DNA from: a virus
Virus record (IMG/VR): IMGVR_UViG_3300032087_004763
Location: 64,001-128,000 of that record
DNA length: 64,000 bases
Reading direction: 5' to 3' (one strand)
In this document: piece after piece, positions 20,359 to 30,157 of the stretch
Layout: each line of letters begins with the position of its first letter
How positions within the stretch are numbered: position 1 is the stretch's first letter
The notes under the pieces: model-generated
Told to the model about the DNA's origin: nothing
The model's input: the letters and a program-made list of their open reading frames with translations, nothing else
The model's database searches: none
Program-made: the position numbers and the translations under genes

Positions 20359-21147
20359 GAACCTCGCTTTCTGTGCATTGTAATTCTGTAGAACCTCGTC
20401 AGCTGACAAAGCCTTTCCGTATATCCTGCAGATATCGATATATCCATACCACCCGTTATTAAACTGCACTGTACCCTCAACATTGCTACTAATTGCAAAT
20501 GGTCTAGCGGTATCATCACCGTATGTTGCTTCTGTAAGCGAGGTAGTACCAGTTGTCTTTGCTTCACCGTTGATGTAAAGAACCCTTTTACCTGTTCCAC
20601 CATCATACGTTCCAACAATATGAAACCATTTGTTAAAGTAGTCTGCATCGCTAGTAAAATTAAATCTTGTACCCACGGCTGCATTATTTGGGTTTATTTG
20701 AAATTCAACTCTGTTATGTCCTGGGGTTGCACTACTTGCTCCATCTTTTCTCACAGCAAGCCCTGTATAATCACTGAAATCAGTAGACATAATTCTATAT
20801 AATGATCCGCTGCCATCTCCTAAAGAATACACCCACGCTTCATATGTCAACCTTCCAGTAGTTTCACCTAGATATAAACTTGGATCTTTTGAGATATTGC
20901 TTTCAGGAAAAGCAATCGCAGTAGTTCCACTTTGTGCAAACAGCAAATGTCTTTGGCCAGGGAATGTAGTATCATCTACAGTAGGTGCATTACTTCCTGC
21001 ACCATCACCGAATGTTCCGTGATATCCTTGACCAGACATATCAAAATATGTTACGCCAGATCCAGGATAAGATTTTTTGTTTGCAATGTCAACATGCAAC
21101 ACAAGTTTGTCAAGAACAATTCTATTTGAATTATATACAATCGCCAT
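20350..21147 (-). CDS. LamG / concanavalin A-like lectin domain protein (copy 1)
   Basis: SYPGSG, WFHIVGTYDG..LYING, RIYGKALSADEVLQNYNA. Confidence 0.85.
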   Translation of the reverse strand: MAIVYNSNRIVLDKLVLHVDIANKKSYPGSGVTYFDMSGQGYHGTFGDGAGSNAPTVDDTTFPGQRHLLFAQSGTTAIAFPESNISKDPSLYLGETTGRLTYEAWVYSLGDGSGSLYRIMSTDFSDYTGLAVRKDGASSATPGHNRVEFQINPNNAAVGTRFNFTSDADYFNKWFHIVGTYDGGTGKRVLYINGEAKTTGTTSLTEATYGDDTARPFAISSNVEGTVQFNNGWYGYIDICRIYGKALSADEVLQNYNAQKARFGL

Positions 21148-21149
21148 TC

Positions 21150-24100
21150 TTAGGCCTCAATCAATGTTTCTACAACTTTGTATCTTGTCGATGTCGCACT
21201 TGTACCGGTTGCAAGAAGTCTTACATCTGATCCGCTAATATCAACATCGTATGTTGCAAGATCACTGTCAGTCGTAATCGTACCATACTCAGTCGCAACC
21301 GCGGTTGTTCCATCATGTGTCACGAGTAATTCAGAGATCTGTCTCTTCGTACCTTGTGATGCAGTCACGATAAACTTCGCACCGCAATAGGATGCATGAG
21401 CAAATTCAGCGATCGATGTCTGACTAACAGATGCGACCTCGGCTGAATCACCATCGAGTGTATACGATCCGAATGCACCTATTGTGACAGGAACATCAAT
21501 ATCAAATGAAGATCCAGATAACGTCATCTTCTGACCGTTATTAATTCTGAAATTCATATTCTGGCCACTAGAAGCATTTAACCATACTTGACCACTTCCA
21601 TTCTGTATTAGTGCATAGTCATTTGTGCTATTTTTATCTACATGACTAAATCCGGCAATATCGCTAAAACCCATGTAACCGATATGAGCTCTACCGATAA
21701 CAGCTGAGATATCAGTGTCTGGGTATACCTCAAACTTTTCAGTAGGACTCGTAGTACCGAGACCTAAGTTACCCGCACTTATGTGATTATCAGTGCCGTC
21801 AGTGTAAAATGCTATTTTTTCTACACCCGAGTCATACATGTGGAATCTACCACCATTAGTAGATTTTTCAGCGATTCTTACAATATCATTAGTACTTGAA
21901 TTTGCTTGAATAGATAAACCAGATGAGGTAGAAGATACTGAACTAGATTTTATTGTTAAAGGAGATGTAGGAGCAGTTAAGCCGATACCAACACGATTGT
22001 TTGCTGCATCAACATGTAATGTATTCGTGTCAACCGTGAGATCATTGACAACTGTTAGATCGCCAGAATTACTCAGGATCATTTTGTTACTGTTATTGTG
22101 CTGATTAACAGTACCGAAATTAAAATGTAAAGATCCATCCCCGGCGCCGCCAGTGGTCTTTCTAGCAATACTCCACACATCAGTGTTAGCAGATGTACTA
22201 GCACCTTCAACAAAGTTAATAGAACTTCCCCAAGTACCATCAGATGATGACACGAGATCAAACTGAGCATCTGTTGCTTCTACTACAGCTACACCATAAG
22301 TTGTCGCGACACCGACATTTTGATCTACAATATGGAAGCTTCTCTGTGGTGAAGCCACGTTAATACCAACTTTATTATTAGCAGCATCAACGACTAGTGT
22401 ATTCGTGTCAACCGTGAGATTACCTGATATCGTAGCAGAGTCAGCATTCACAGTACCAGTAACGGTGACACCGTAAGGCGTGGTTTCTAACTTTTTAGCG
22501 GTGCTCTCATATAGTTCAACGCCATTAGTACCACCAAATATTTTGGTGTGATTAATCAGAGCTGTACCTGATTGACCAATTTCTAACGCATTGCTTTGAT
22601 TCCATTCAAGTAATGTTCTAATATATCCGTTATCAGCACCGATAATTCTAGTACCAGTAGTTAATGCTATACCAACATCATTAGCTGTATCAGGGCCCCC
22701 TCCGGCCGGATCATAAGTTACACCACCACTAAGTTCAATAGCGGCTGTACTTTGAATCAATTCACTAGTAGAGAATCCAAGAGAATCCCCAAGAATAACA
22801 TTACCGCCAATACCGAGTTCACCATTAACTGAACCAGCATCACCGATATCTAATCTTGGTGTAGAGTCGGCACTTGGCTGGAATGTGATCATCGCAGACA
22901 TATCACGTGGTGTGCCACCAGTACCGGCATCATACTGACCGATACCTACTCGGTTTCCGTTTGTCAGCATATACATTGCAGTACCGCTCTGCTGACTACG
23001 CATCAATATATTTGGATGCCAACCAGTGTACGCAGCGTTTGGTCTTAATTCTATATTGGTCTGGCCAGGAGTTCTTTCGTATCTCCATGTGCCGGTAAGA
23101 TTACTAGTACTACTAGTGGTGGTTTGAGTAACTATACCTGTAAGATTCAGAGGACCAGTTGATACTGAGTCCGAGACAAGACTACCAGTGACAGTGGCAC
23201 CGTAAGCCGTTGTTTCTAACTTCTTACTATTGTCATGGTATACTTCTACTGCTCCGTCACCTTTACATATGAGGAAGTTTTCAGTACTTCCTGACTTTCG
23301 TAGATATAACCAGTTTCCGCGAATTATAGTTGAGCCGGTTCCATCAATAAAATTAATATTTGACGAATTGTTGTGGTATATTTTTAAATCTTCACCAGCA
23401 CCAAACGTTAACCTATTAAGATCACCTAAATTAATAGAATCAGCTACAAGACTACCAGTAACAGTGACACCACCTTCTGTAGTTTCAAGTCGAGTTACGT
23501 TATCATATCTAAGCTTCACGTCACCATTTGCAGTGAATGATGCCATTTGTTCATTGTCAGCTGGATTCTTAAATAAAATCTGGCTGGTTTTAAAAATTAA
23601 AGAACCGGTTCCACCTTCATCAATGTAGCTATGAGAGCCATTATGATAAATCTGGAGGTCATTAGCATCTCCAAGTTTTATTCTTGCATTATCGGCTAGA
23701 CTAATTGAGTCAGCTATAAGACTACCGGTAACAGTAACGCCATCTGATTCAGTGGTAAGCTTCTCGGTACCGTAGTAATAGAGTCTAACTTTACCTTCAC
23801 TTCCATCAGCCTTAAAATATAAAGCTGTGGAACCAGTACCGTCATCTGTTCTTATACTAACATCTTGATCATTCGCGTTTTGTGTTATCTGCAATTCGCC
23901 AGTGTAACTTCGAATTCTTGAAACACTTCCAGTATGATCAAGTCTTAAATCATTATTGTCACCTAAATTTATTAAACCGTCATCTGGCAAGGTTAGATTT
24001 GTAACAGTTGCAGAGTCAGCTACGAGACTACCAACTACATTTACACCACCTTCTGTTGTCGCAAATCTTTCTACACCGTTATAATAAAGTTCTGCCTCAG

Positions 24101-26180
24101 CATTTTGTCTAACAACTAAACCATTTTTGTTCTCTGCAGCATTCATGATTTGGAATGTATTAGAGAGAACCTTTAGATTACCAGTACCCTGATCATTAAT
24201 ATAACTATTAGACCCATCATGATAAATTTTAAGATCTGAATCAGCACCAAACGTTGCCATTACGTTATCACTAAAATTCAAATTACCAGATGTTTTAGCG
24301 TCTTCTACATTACTTCTTAAAAATCCACTCGATTGAATATTGTCAAGCGTGTCTGCGTCTAATCCGTTACCGGATCCTTCATCAGCAGTTGTTAATACTC
24401 TATTTCCAGAACTAGTGATAGTTCTATTGAAATCAAACTCAGCATTTGAATGATCGTATGTCAGTGATGGAGTGTCTACAATGTTTGACCCACCCCATGT
24501 AATACCACCGCCATTCAGTGCAGAACTATCTGCTGCACTATCTCCAATGACAATGTTCTTGTCGTTAAGAGTAACGGTTGTAGAGTTAATTGTAGTCTGA
24601 GTTCCTTCAACTTGAAGGTTACCAAGAATCTTAACGGTCCCAGTTGCATCACCGATTGCTGCTGGATCAATGATAAACTCTGCAGGACCTCTTACCTGAT
24701 TAAAGGTTGGATTTGCAGATGAGTCAAGTGGTTGAAAGTGAGCTTTTACTTCTGCAGCTGATGGACCGGTGTATGTAAATGCACCAGTTCCGCTATTATA
24801 TGAAAAACTGCCATCACCGCCTGCATCGGTTGCAGAAAACATTCCACGCACATTAGCCGAGTCAATATCGATTGTACGATTAGCAGCAATTGTTCCACCA
24901 CCAGTAAGACCTTTACCAGCAACTACGGATACGGTTGAGTGATCAATGTGTTCATTGGCTACGAATCCAGATAAATTATCGTGAACTATATCACCGTCTG
25001 TTGTAGTGATCTCTCCTGTAGTAGAATTGTATGTAATACCTGTACCACCGGATATGGCATTCTTTGCATCCGAATCAGCACGGGCAGTCGTGTAATAAAG
25101 GTTACTACCTTCCGATAAATTACTGGTTGACTTTGTGGCTAGTCTTACATCAAATGCACTATCAGCCCTAACAGTGGTATAGTAAAGGTTCGTACCCTCT
25201 GGTAAGTTTGAGGTTGACGCATCTCCCAAGTCACTATCAAAATTTGCCTTAGTGTATACTTGTTCGACATCAAACGTAAATTGACCAGTAGCAGAATTGT
25301 AACTTAAATCACCGCCTGCACTTAACGCCCCACGGATCTCCGAGATTCTATCATCTGAGTCATGGAATGTAGTTGCAAAAGAGTTGCCATCTGCAGTATT
25401 GATCGTAAAGACGCCAGTAGCTGAATCGTATGATGTGCTTGACACACCAGCAACATTAACAGTTCCGGCTGAATCAATCTGACCTCGAGCATTAACTGTG
25501 AGGACTGGAACCTTAGACGCTGATCCATAGACAGCTGAGTCAACTCCGGTGTTTGTGATACTTAATGTATTTGATGCGCTATCGAATGTAAGACCAGTTC
25601 CGCCAAGCGCAGTTTCATCAAGAGCCGTATTGAAATCAGAGTCAAAGTTTGCTTTCGAATAAGTTGCTTCGACGTCAATTGAAAACTCACCTGTAGAACT
25701 ATTGTAGGTAATATCACCAGCACCACTGAAGAAGCTTCTGATCTGACTCTGAGATCCAGATAGATCAAACCCAACTGCGGTACCAATAGAATCTGTAACA
25801 GAGAAAGTACCTGACTGATCTTTGATTGCAAGACCGCCAAGGTTCAGAGTACTACCACTTAGATATAAGTCCCTCCATTTTGCTGCAGCGGATCCGAGGT
25901 CATACGTGCTATCAGCCGATGGAATAAGGCTACTTGATATGGTGGTAAAGACTGGTGATGACGTATTTACGAATTTTTGTGACGATGAATCAAACTGAAT
26001 GAAGTCGTTATTTGAGGCGCCTGATATTACTACATCGCTAAGACCATCAAATGAAGATCCGGCTTGCACAACAGATCGAATCGGCGTTCCAACCGTAATA
26101 CTTTTGACAATAGTTGTTCTGTCTGTAGAGGTGACCTTGACCGATCCAATCGTTCTTCCAGATAAGGTAATCTTTGACAT
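21150..26180 (-). CDS. Long tail fibre protein (1676 aa), modular repeats
   Basis: YDLGS..KWRDLYLSG, TSNLxEGxNLYYTTxRADS repeats, ~95-aa DLKIYHxG repeats, VGIN/LGTTSP fibre repeats. Confidence 0.85.
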   Translation of the reverse strand: MSKITLSGRTIGSVKVTSTDRTTIVKSITVGTPIRSVVQAGSSFDGLSDVVISGASNNDFIQFDSSSQKFVNTSSPVFTTISSSLIPSADSTYDLGSAAAKWRDLYLSGSTLNLGGLAIKDQSGTFSVTDSIGTAVGFDLSGSQSQIRSFFSGAGDITYNSSTGEFSIDVEATYSKANFDSDFNTALDETALGGTGLTFDSASNTLSITNTGVDSAVYGSASKVPVLTVNARGQIDSAGTVNVAGVSSTSYDSATGVFTINTADGNSFATTFHDSDDRISEIRGALSAGGDLSYNSATGQFTFDVEQVYTKANFDSDLGDASTSNLPEGTNLYYTTVRADSAFDVRLATKSTSNLSEGSNLYYTTARADSDAKNAISGGTGITYNSTTGEITTTDGDIVHDNLSGFVANEHIDHSTVSVVAGKGLTGGGTIAANRTIDIDSANVRGMFSATDAGGDGSFSYNSGTGAFTYTGPSAAEVKAHFQPLDSSANPTFNQVRGPAEFIIDPAAIGDATGTVKILGNLQVEGTQTTINSTTVTLNDKNIVIGDSAADSSALNGGGITWGGSNIVDTPSLTYDHSNAEFDFNRTITSSGNRVLTTADEGSGNGLDADTLDNIQSSGFLRSNVEDAKTSGNLNFSDNVMATFGADSDLKIYHDGSNSYINDQGTGNLKVLSNTFQIMNAAENKNGLVVRQNAEAELYYNGVERFATTEGGVNVVGSLVADSATVTNLTLPDDGLINLGDNNDLRLDHTGSVSRIRSYTGELQITQNANDQDVSIRTDDGTGSTALYFKADGSEGKVRLYYYGTEKLTTESDGVTVTGSLIADSISLADNARIKLGDANDLQIYHNGSHSYIDEGGTGSLIFKTSQILFKNPADNEQMASFTANGDVKLRYDNVTRLETTEGGVTVTGSLVADSINLGDLNRLTFGAGEDLKIYHNNSSNINFIDGTGSTIIRGNWLYLRKSGSTENFLICKGDGAVEVYHDNSKKLETTAYGATVTGSLVSDSVSTGPLNLTGIVTQTTTSSTSNLTGTWRYERTPGQTNIELRPNAAYTGWHPNILMRSQQSGTAMYMLTNGNRVGIGQYDAGTGGTPRDMSAMITFQPSADSTPRLDIGDAGSVNGELGIGGNVILGDSLGFSTSELIQSTAAIELSGGVTYDPAGGGPDTANDVGIALTTGTRIIGADNGYIRTLLEWNQSNALEIGQSGTALINHTKIFGGTNGVELYESTAKKLETTPYGVTVTGTVNADSATISGNLTVDTNTLVVDAANNKVGINVASPQRSFHIVDQNVGVATTYGVAVVEATDAQFDLVSSSDGTWGSSINFVEGASTSANTDVWSIARKTTGGAGDGSLHFNFGTVNQHNNSNKMILSNSGDLTVVNDLTVDTNTLHVDAANNRVGIGLTAPTSPLTIKSSSVSSTSSGLSIQANSSTNDIVRIAEKSTNGGRFHMYDSGVEKIAFYTDGTDNHISAGNLGLGTTSPTEKFEVYPDTDISAVIGRAHIGYMGFSDIAGFSHVDKNSTNDYALIQNGSGQVWLNASSGQNMNFRINNGQKMTLSGSSFDIDVPVTIGAFGSYTLDGDSAEVASVSQTSIAEFAHASYCGAKFIVTASQGTKRQISELLVTHDGTTAVATEYGTITTDSDLATYDVDISGSDVRLLATGTSATSTRYKVVETLIEA

Positions 26181-26188
26181 GATCTACC

Positions 26189-26542
26189 TCACTTAGTTAC
26201 AGAAGGACTGACTTGGATTCTACCTTCTAAAATCCTTTCTCTGATAGTTGTCGCACTTGAATCTAGATAAGATATCTCTACATCATAAACATATCGACCT
26301 GCTTTTAATGCATCAGTTTGAGTGTTTGTTAGACTCAAAGAAATAATGCCGTCCGTCGGAGGACTTGCAACAATTGCAGTGAATGCAGTTGTGTCAGAAT
26401 CGCCGCTATTGTAGTTCTTCTTCATCTTAGCTGCGACTGAATGATCGGTCAGATTTTTCTTTGCACCTTGAGTGTCGACGCATTCTAATTGTATAGTGAC
26501 GTCTGCACCCTGATCTATGGTGAATTCTTCGTAAGTGGCCAT
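26189..26542 (-). CDS. Baseplate or fibre-associated structural protein (start MATYEEF at 26542)
   Basis: IDQGAD...SLTNTQTDALKAGRYVYDVEI...RILEG..VSPSVT; GAGG SD before ATG 26542. The upstream extension in the track spans the promoter region. Confidence 0.75.
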   Translation of the reverse strand: MATYEEFTIDQGADVTIQLECVDTQGAKKNLTDHSVAAKMKKNYNSGDSDTTAFTAIVASPPTDGIISLSLTNTQTDALKAGRYVYDVEISYLDSSATTIRERILEGRIQVSPSVTK

Positions 26543-26607
26543 GAAATACCTCGGTGATTTCTTTGTCGGACTTTCGCCCCTGCCTTGGATAAATAGACAA
26601 TATAGTT

Positions 26608-26615
26608 TATTTATA
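26608..26615 (-). promoter_or_regulatory. T4-type late promoter TATAAATA
   Basis: Exact consensus upstream of the fibre operon. Confidence 0.75.
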
Positions 26616-26642
26616 ATACTTTGTTTTAGAACGGAGAAATTT

Positions 26643-26927
26643 ATGGCAAGATATATTGTCACATCAAAAGTCATTGGTGATCCAACAACAAATCCTAAAT
26701 TAAGTACCTTTAGTAACGGTCAAGCAACTACTATACTAGGAGAATATGTCGCTGCTGGAAAATTAGAGGTCTTATTTGACACAATTAGTGGTAATGAAAG
26801 AACGATCTCGCTGGCATTTAAGAATAAAACTACTTGCACTGAAGTAAGATCGAAGCTCAAAGCACTTGGCGATTTTCGTAGAACTGATGTCAACTGGGAG
26901 ATTCTCAGTGAAGGATTTGAAAGTTAA
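26643..26927 (+). CDS. Hypothetical protein (94 aa, start MARYIV)
   Basis: GGAG SD upstream of ATG 26643; TAATG coupling to the next gene. Confidence 0.7.
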   Translation: MARYIVTSKVIGDPTTNPKLSTFSNGQATTILGEYVAAGKLEVLFDTISGNERTISLAFKNKTTCTEVRSKLKALGDFRRTDVNWEILSEGFES

Positions 26928-27478
26928 TGGAATACTATAAGACTCGCCTTCCTTACAATCAGGAAGAGTTGCAGAATCTATTTGATGAGATAGATGAGCA
27001 ACTGGAGTACATTTACTATGGTAGGAGTAAGAAATCTGGTTTGTTCCAGGGTATTATTCCTGAGTGCGAGATAACTAAAAATATCATGGATGACATTGAA
27101 GGGTCATTACATTGTTCATTTATAAAAGTAAATCCTGGGTGTGATTTGAAAGCGCATACTGATACAAGAGGAGTTGGAATCAACTATCCTGTCCGTGTAC
27201 CCGAGGGAAGCTACAATATACAATACGACGCCGAAGCCGAAGGAACAAGAATCCGCCAAGCTTACATGGGAAGAAGCAAGGAGTCAACAGCACAACTTTT
27301 TCTCAAAGCAAAAGAGATCTCAAGGTTTTATCTTGACCAGCCAACGGTGTTAAATACACATGTTCCTCATGGAGTCACGGGTGGTGATACACAACGAGTC
27401 GTATTGAGTGTTTCAATGAAGCCCGAGTACGATGAGTTTAATGATGTAGTTGAGAGGTTACAGGCAAGTGGATTCTAA
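26927..27478 (+). CDS. Putative 2OG-Fe(II)/cupin oxygenase
   Basis: HTD...INYP...PHGV...RVVLS, an HxD..H facial triad pattern. Confidence 0.6.
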   Translation: MEYYKTRLPYNQEELQNLFDEIDEQLEYIYYGRSKKSGLFQGIIPECEITKNIMDDIEGSLHCSFIKVNPGCDLKAHTDTRGVGINYPVRVPEGSYNIQYDAEAEGTRIRQAYMGRSKESTAQLFLKAKEISRFYLDQPTVLNTHVPHGVTGGDTQRVVLSVSMKPEYDEFNDVVERLQASGF

Positions 27479-28139
27479 AACACAACAACTAATCGTATTT
27501 TATTCAGTGCAAGTGTTAGCACTCTTTGCACTCGTATCTTTGCAACCAAACTTTATTCTTCTGTTCTTTGGTTGGATCACATTCTGTGGTCTTGCATCTG
27601 CAGTCATTATGCATCGAGGCCTAGCACATCGAACATTTAAAGTAAGTCCGTGGATGACGATACTATCATGTCTTGCGGTACAGGGTTCTCCGTTATGGTG
27701 GATTGCAATTCATCGCAGACATCATGATCACACTGATGGAGACCTCGATGTACATTCACCTAATCACGGAATATTCCATAGCTATATCGGATGGTTACAC
27801 AAGGACGTAAAGATTAATCCACGATATATCAAAGACTATCTAAGAGATTCGACCACTAAAAAAATTGACAAATACTATGTACATATCGTCGCGTTTATGT
27901 TATTATTGTGTTTAGTGTTCCCATCCCTTATTTGGTTCTGGTTAGTTCCTGCAGCCTGGAGTTTCCATCAGGAAGCGATAGTTAACCTGTTCTGTCACTA
28001 CAAAAAGATTCGTAATATCGAGTGGCTGGGTCTTCTCACATGGGGTCAGGCAATCCATAAAAATCATCATGACAAGCAAAACACGTTTCTCTTTGGTAAG
28101 AATGATCCATGCAAAATTTTTACGTGGTTGACAAACTAG
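27468..28139 (+). CDS. Membrane fatty-acid desaturase (delta-9/DesC-like); probable GTG start at 27468
   Basis: Three His boxes HRGLAH, HRRHH, HKNHH, plus QGSPLWW, DVHSP and hydrophobic segments. Confidence 0.9.
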   Translation: MDSKTQQLIVFYSVQVLALFALVSLQPNFILLFFGWITFCGLASAVIMHRGLAHRTFKVSPWMTILSCLAVQGSPLWWIAIHRRHHDHTDGDLDVHSPNHGIFHSYIGWLHKDVKINPRYIKDYLRDSTTKKIDKYYVHIVAFMLLLCLVFPSLIWFWLVPAAWSFHQEAIVNLFCHYKKIRNIEWLGLLTWGQAIHKNHHDKQNTFLFGKNDPCKIFTWLTN

Positions 28140-28609
28140 AACTCCCACTATGGCAAAAAGAGTTTGATGACTTCATTCAGTATCAGCAAGAGAGCGGCCA
28201 CCGACTTGCGAAGAACTATCGATATGATTACTTACAAAGGTCTGATGAGTTAACAATACTTGTAGATGACGACGACCGCATCGCTGGTCTCGCCTGCATG
28301 CTAAAATGGAATGATGTTGCGACCCGAGTAATGTATCGCTGGGCGAGAGACCGAAGAATTGAAAGAACTGACCACGTGTATGGCGATCTATCAAAAGCTA
28401 TATTATCACATCAGCTTCCACTTGTAAACACTCCTTATGCATTTATTGGCCTCGATGGTAATCGTAAAAGGACAAATAAGAAGTGGGCGGATGCTGCAGG
28501 TTGGCAGGTAACAGAGGGAAGAGTACTACCCAAACATCATCAGCATATAGCTTATATTAAACTCAAGGAGACAGATGAACCATTCGCCTGTGAAAGAGCT
28601 TGGCCTTAG
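28109..28609 (+). CDS. Hypothetical protein, possibly GNAT-like
   Basis: Overlap-coupled within the plus-strand cassette; LAKNY...ILVDDDDRIAGL..RVMYR pattern only. Confidence 0.5.
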   Translation: MQNFYVVDKLELPLWQKEFDDFIQYQQESGHRLAKNYRYDYLQRSDELTILVDDDDRIAGLACMLKWNDVATRVMYRWARDRRIERTDHVYGDLSKAILSHQLPLVNTPYAFIGLDGNRKRTNKKWADAAGWQVTEGRVLPKHHQHIAYIKLKETDEPFACERAWP

Positions 28610-29015
28610 ATTAATTAATCCACCACCAGCAATCAACTGGAAACGATTTAGATATGAATCTTATGCCTGGGACATTATACGATATCCTACCAACTATCCT
28701 ACTCTCAATGTAAAAAGATATAGACAACATATTGGTATAAGTATTCCAGAGCATAAGGATACAATTGAGTATTGTTCATATAACTGGAAGATTTTAGGTG
28801 ATGAACCAATCGTAATTGATGGTAAAGAATATCACTATGAGTCTGCTTTAGTAGATGTATCACGGCCGCACTCAGTACCGGCGTCAGGTAAGACAAGAGA
28901 GATATTTCGAATATCCTCGGTATCAAAATCCTATGAAGAGATATTAGAGCAACTAAGCTATTTTAAATATGGACAGGAAGTAACATACGAAGAGATGCTT
29001 GAGGCGATGGCATGA
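28575..29015 (+). CDS. Putative cupin / 2OG-Fe(II) oxygenase-like protein
   Basis: HKD...CSYNW...VSRPHSV...REIF pattern. Confidence 0.55.
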   Translation: MNHSPVKELGLRLINPPPAINWKRFRYESYAWDIIRYPTNYPTLNVKRYRQHIGISIPEHKDTIEYCSYNWKILGDEPIVIDGKEYHYESALVDVSRPHSVPASGKTREIFRISSVSKSYEEILEQLSYFKYGQEVTYEEMLEAMA

Positions 29016-29476
29016 TTATCGAATTGTTAGAAACCGATCAAGAGATTGATTTAGAATATCTAAGACTTGAATATAAGCATGCGCCAAAGGTAGTAAAGAA
29101 TAATCGTGCGGGTGTTAATCTCAAAGCAGTTGAGGGTGTTGATCCGCTCGAGGCGATGTATGACATCAACGTAGGTGAATATGAGTGGCTCATTAGCGGT
29201 TACACTAAGGAACTAATAGAGTCACTCGGAGAGTTTACTAGATGTAGGTATCTCTCTATTGGACCACAGTTTTGTATGAAGATCCATTCAGATTACAAAG
29301 AGAGATACCATATTCCCATACACACAAACGAATATTGTGGATTTTTTGATAAACATCTAAACACATATAAGATGGAAGTGGGTAAGCTATATCGCCTCAA
29401 CGCTACACACCCGCACTCGGCATTCAATATCGATAGGAATGAATGGAGAACTCATCTCATCCTAGAAAAAGCTTGA
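29012..29476 (+). CDS. Aspartyl/asparaginyl beta-hydroxylase-like 2OG-Fe(II) protein
   Basis: HSD..RYHIPIHTN...LNATHPHSAFN...RTHLI. Confidence 0.7.
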   Translation: MIIELLETDQEIDLEYLRLEYKHAPKVVKNNRAGVNLKAVEGVDPLEAMYDINVGEYEWLISGYTKELIESLGEFTRCRYLSIGPQFCMKIHSDYKERYHIPIHTNEYCGFFDKHLNTYKMEVGKLYRLNATHPHSAFNIDRNEWRTHLILEKA

Positions 29477-30157
29477 GTAATGTCTCCAACTATCAGGCCT
29501 ATTCATCATATGAGTGAAATGAACGTATTTAATATCTGGATGAAACTCATCTAAAAATATATAATCATTTCCGGTAACATCGATGTATTGATTTGTGATT
29601 TTACTTTGCCATCTAGCATAGTCAAAAGAATCCATTTGCTCATTACTCATCCATCTTGTAAACCACGCATTTGGCATTAGTTTTAGTTTTAGGTTTTTCT
29701 TTACGTGGTCTTCTACAAAGAACTGCTCACCATTTACAGGGCCTTTTGTAGTACCGTTTTCAATATAGTGCCTTTGCCACTTGTCAGTATTCGACATAAA
29801 CTCATCATAGATATATCGGCAGTCTTGAGGATAGTATTTAAAAAAACCGCCATTGATTTTATAATCGGGAGTTGAATCTCTCCACCATCCTGGCATAGCA
29901 ACAAACTCACCACGTTCGATAGGATATTCAAATATCTTCTTGTAGTCATTCACCAAAAGCACATCGATATCCATAACACAGATTGGTTCATCAATATCGA
30001 GTGACATACCGTACATCTTATTCCATTGTAAGATTACATCATCACGTATCGGTTCGCGAATCCAAATAAACTCATATTCAGGTAGTTTAGATTCTAGATA
30101 AGTTTCGTACTCAGGCCCATATCGATCACCGATTCTAACTGCTACTATCTTCATCAA
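29462..30157 (-). CDS. Putative glycosyltransferase (WNK...DxD family)
   Basis: LQWNKM, CVMDIDV, NGEQ, YVHFT motifs; paralogous to 31732 and 63077. Confidence 0.65.
   Translation of the reverse strand: MMKIVAVRIGDRYGPEYETYLESKLPEYEFIWIREPIRDDVILQWNKMYGMSLDIDEPICVMDIDVLLVNDYKKIFEYPIERGEFVAMPGWWRDSTPDYKINGGFFKYYPQDCRYIYDEFMSNTDKWQRHYIENGTTKGPVNGEQFFVEDHVKKNLKLKLMPNAWFTRWMSNEQMDSFDYARWQSKITNQYIDVTGNDYIFLDEFHPDIKYVHFTHMMNRPDSWRHYSSFF

Noticed and set aside
18223-21147. Possible diversity-generating retroelement or invertase shufflon acting on the lectin genes
   Set aside because: No reverse transcriptase or recombinase in the window, all copies are co-oriented, and I saw no TR/VR pair differing only at adenines.
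289-26180. DS motifs as phosphopantetheine (acyl-carrier) attachment sites
   Set aside because: The context is beta-rich fibre repeats rather than the helical GxDSL carrier fold, and DSL is rare here. Not formally excluded, but much less likely than glycosylation or a structural/metal-binding role.
26543-26600. GGGC-GAAA-GTCC hairpin in the fibre-operon leader as a riboswitch
   Set aside because: Only a 4-bp GNRA hairpin; no further aptamer consensus recognisable.
26535-26674. N-terminal extensions of the 26189..26674 and 26535..26927 ORFs
   Set aside because: They overlap each other and the promoter region; SD-supported starts are at 26542 (-) and 26643 (+).
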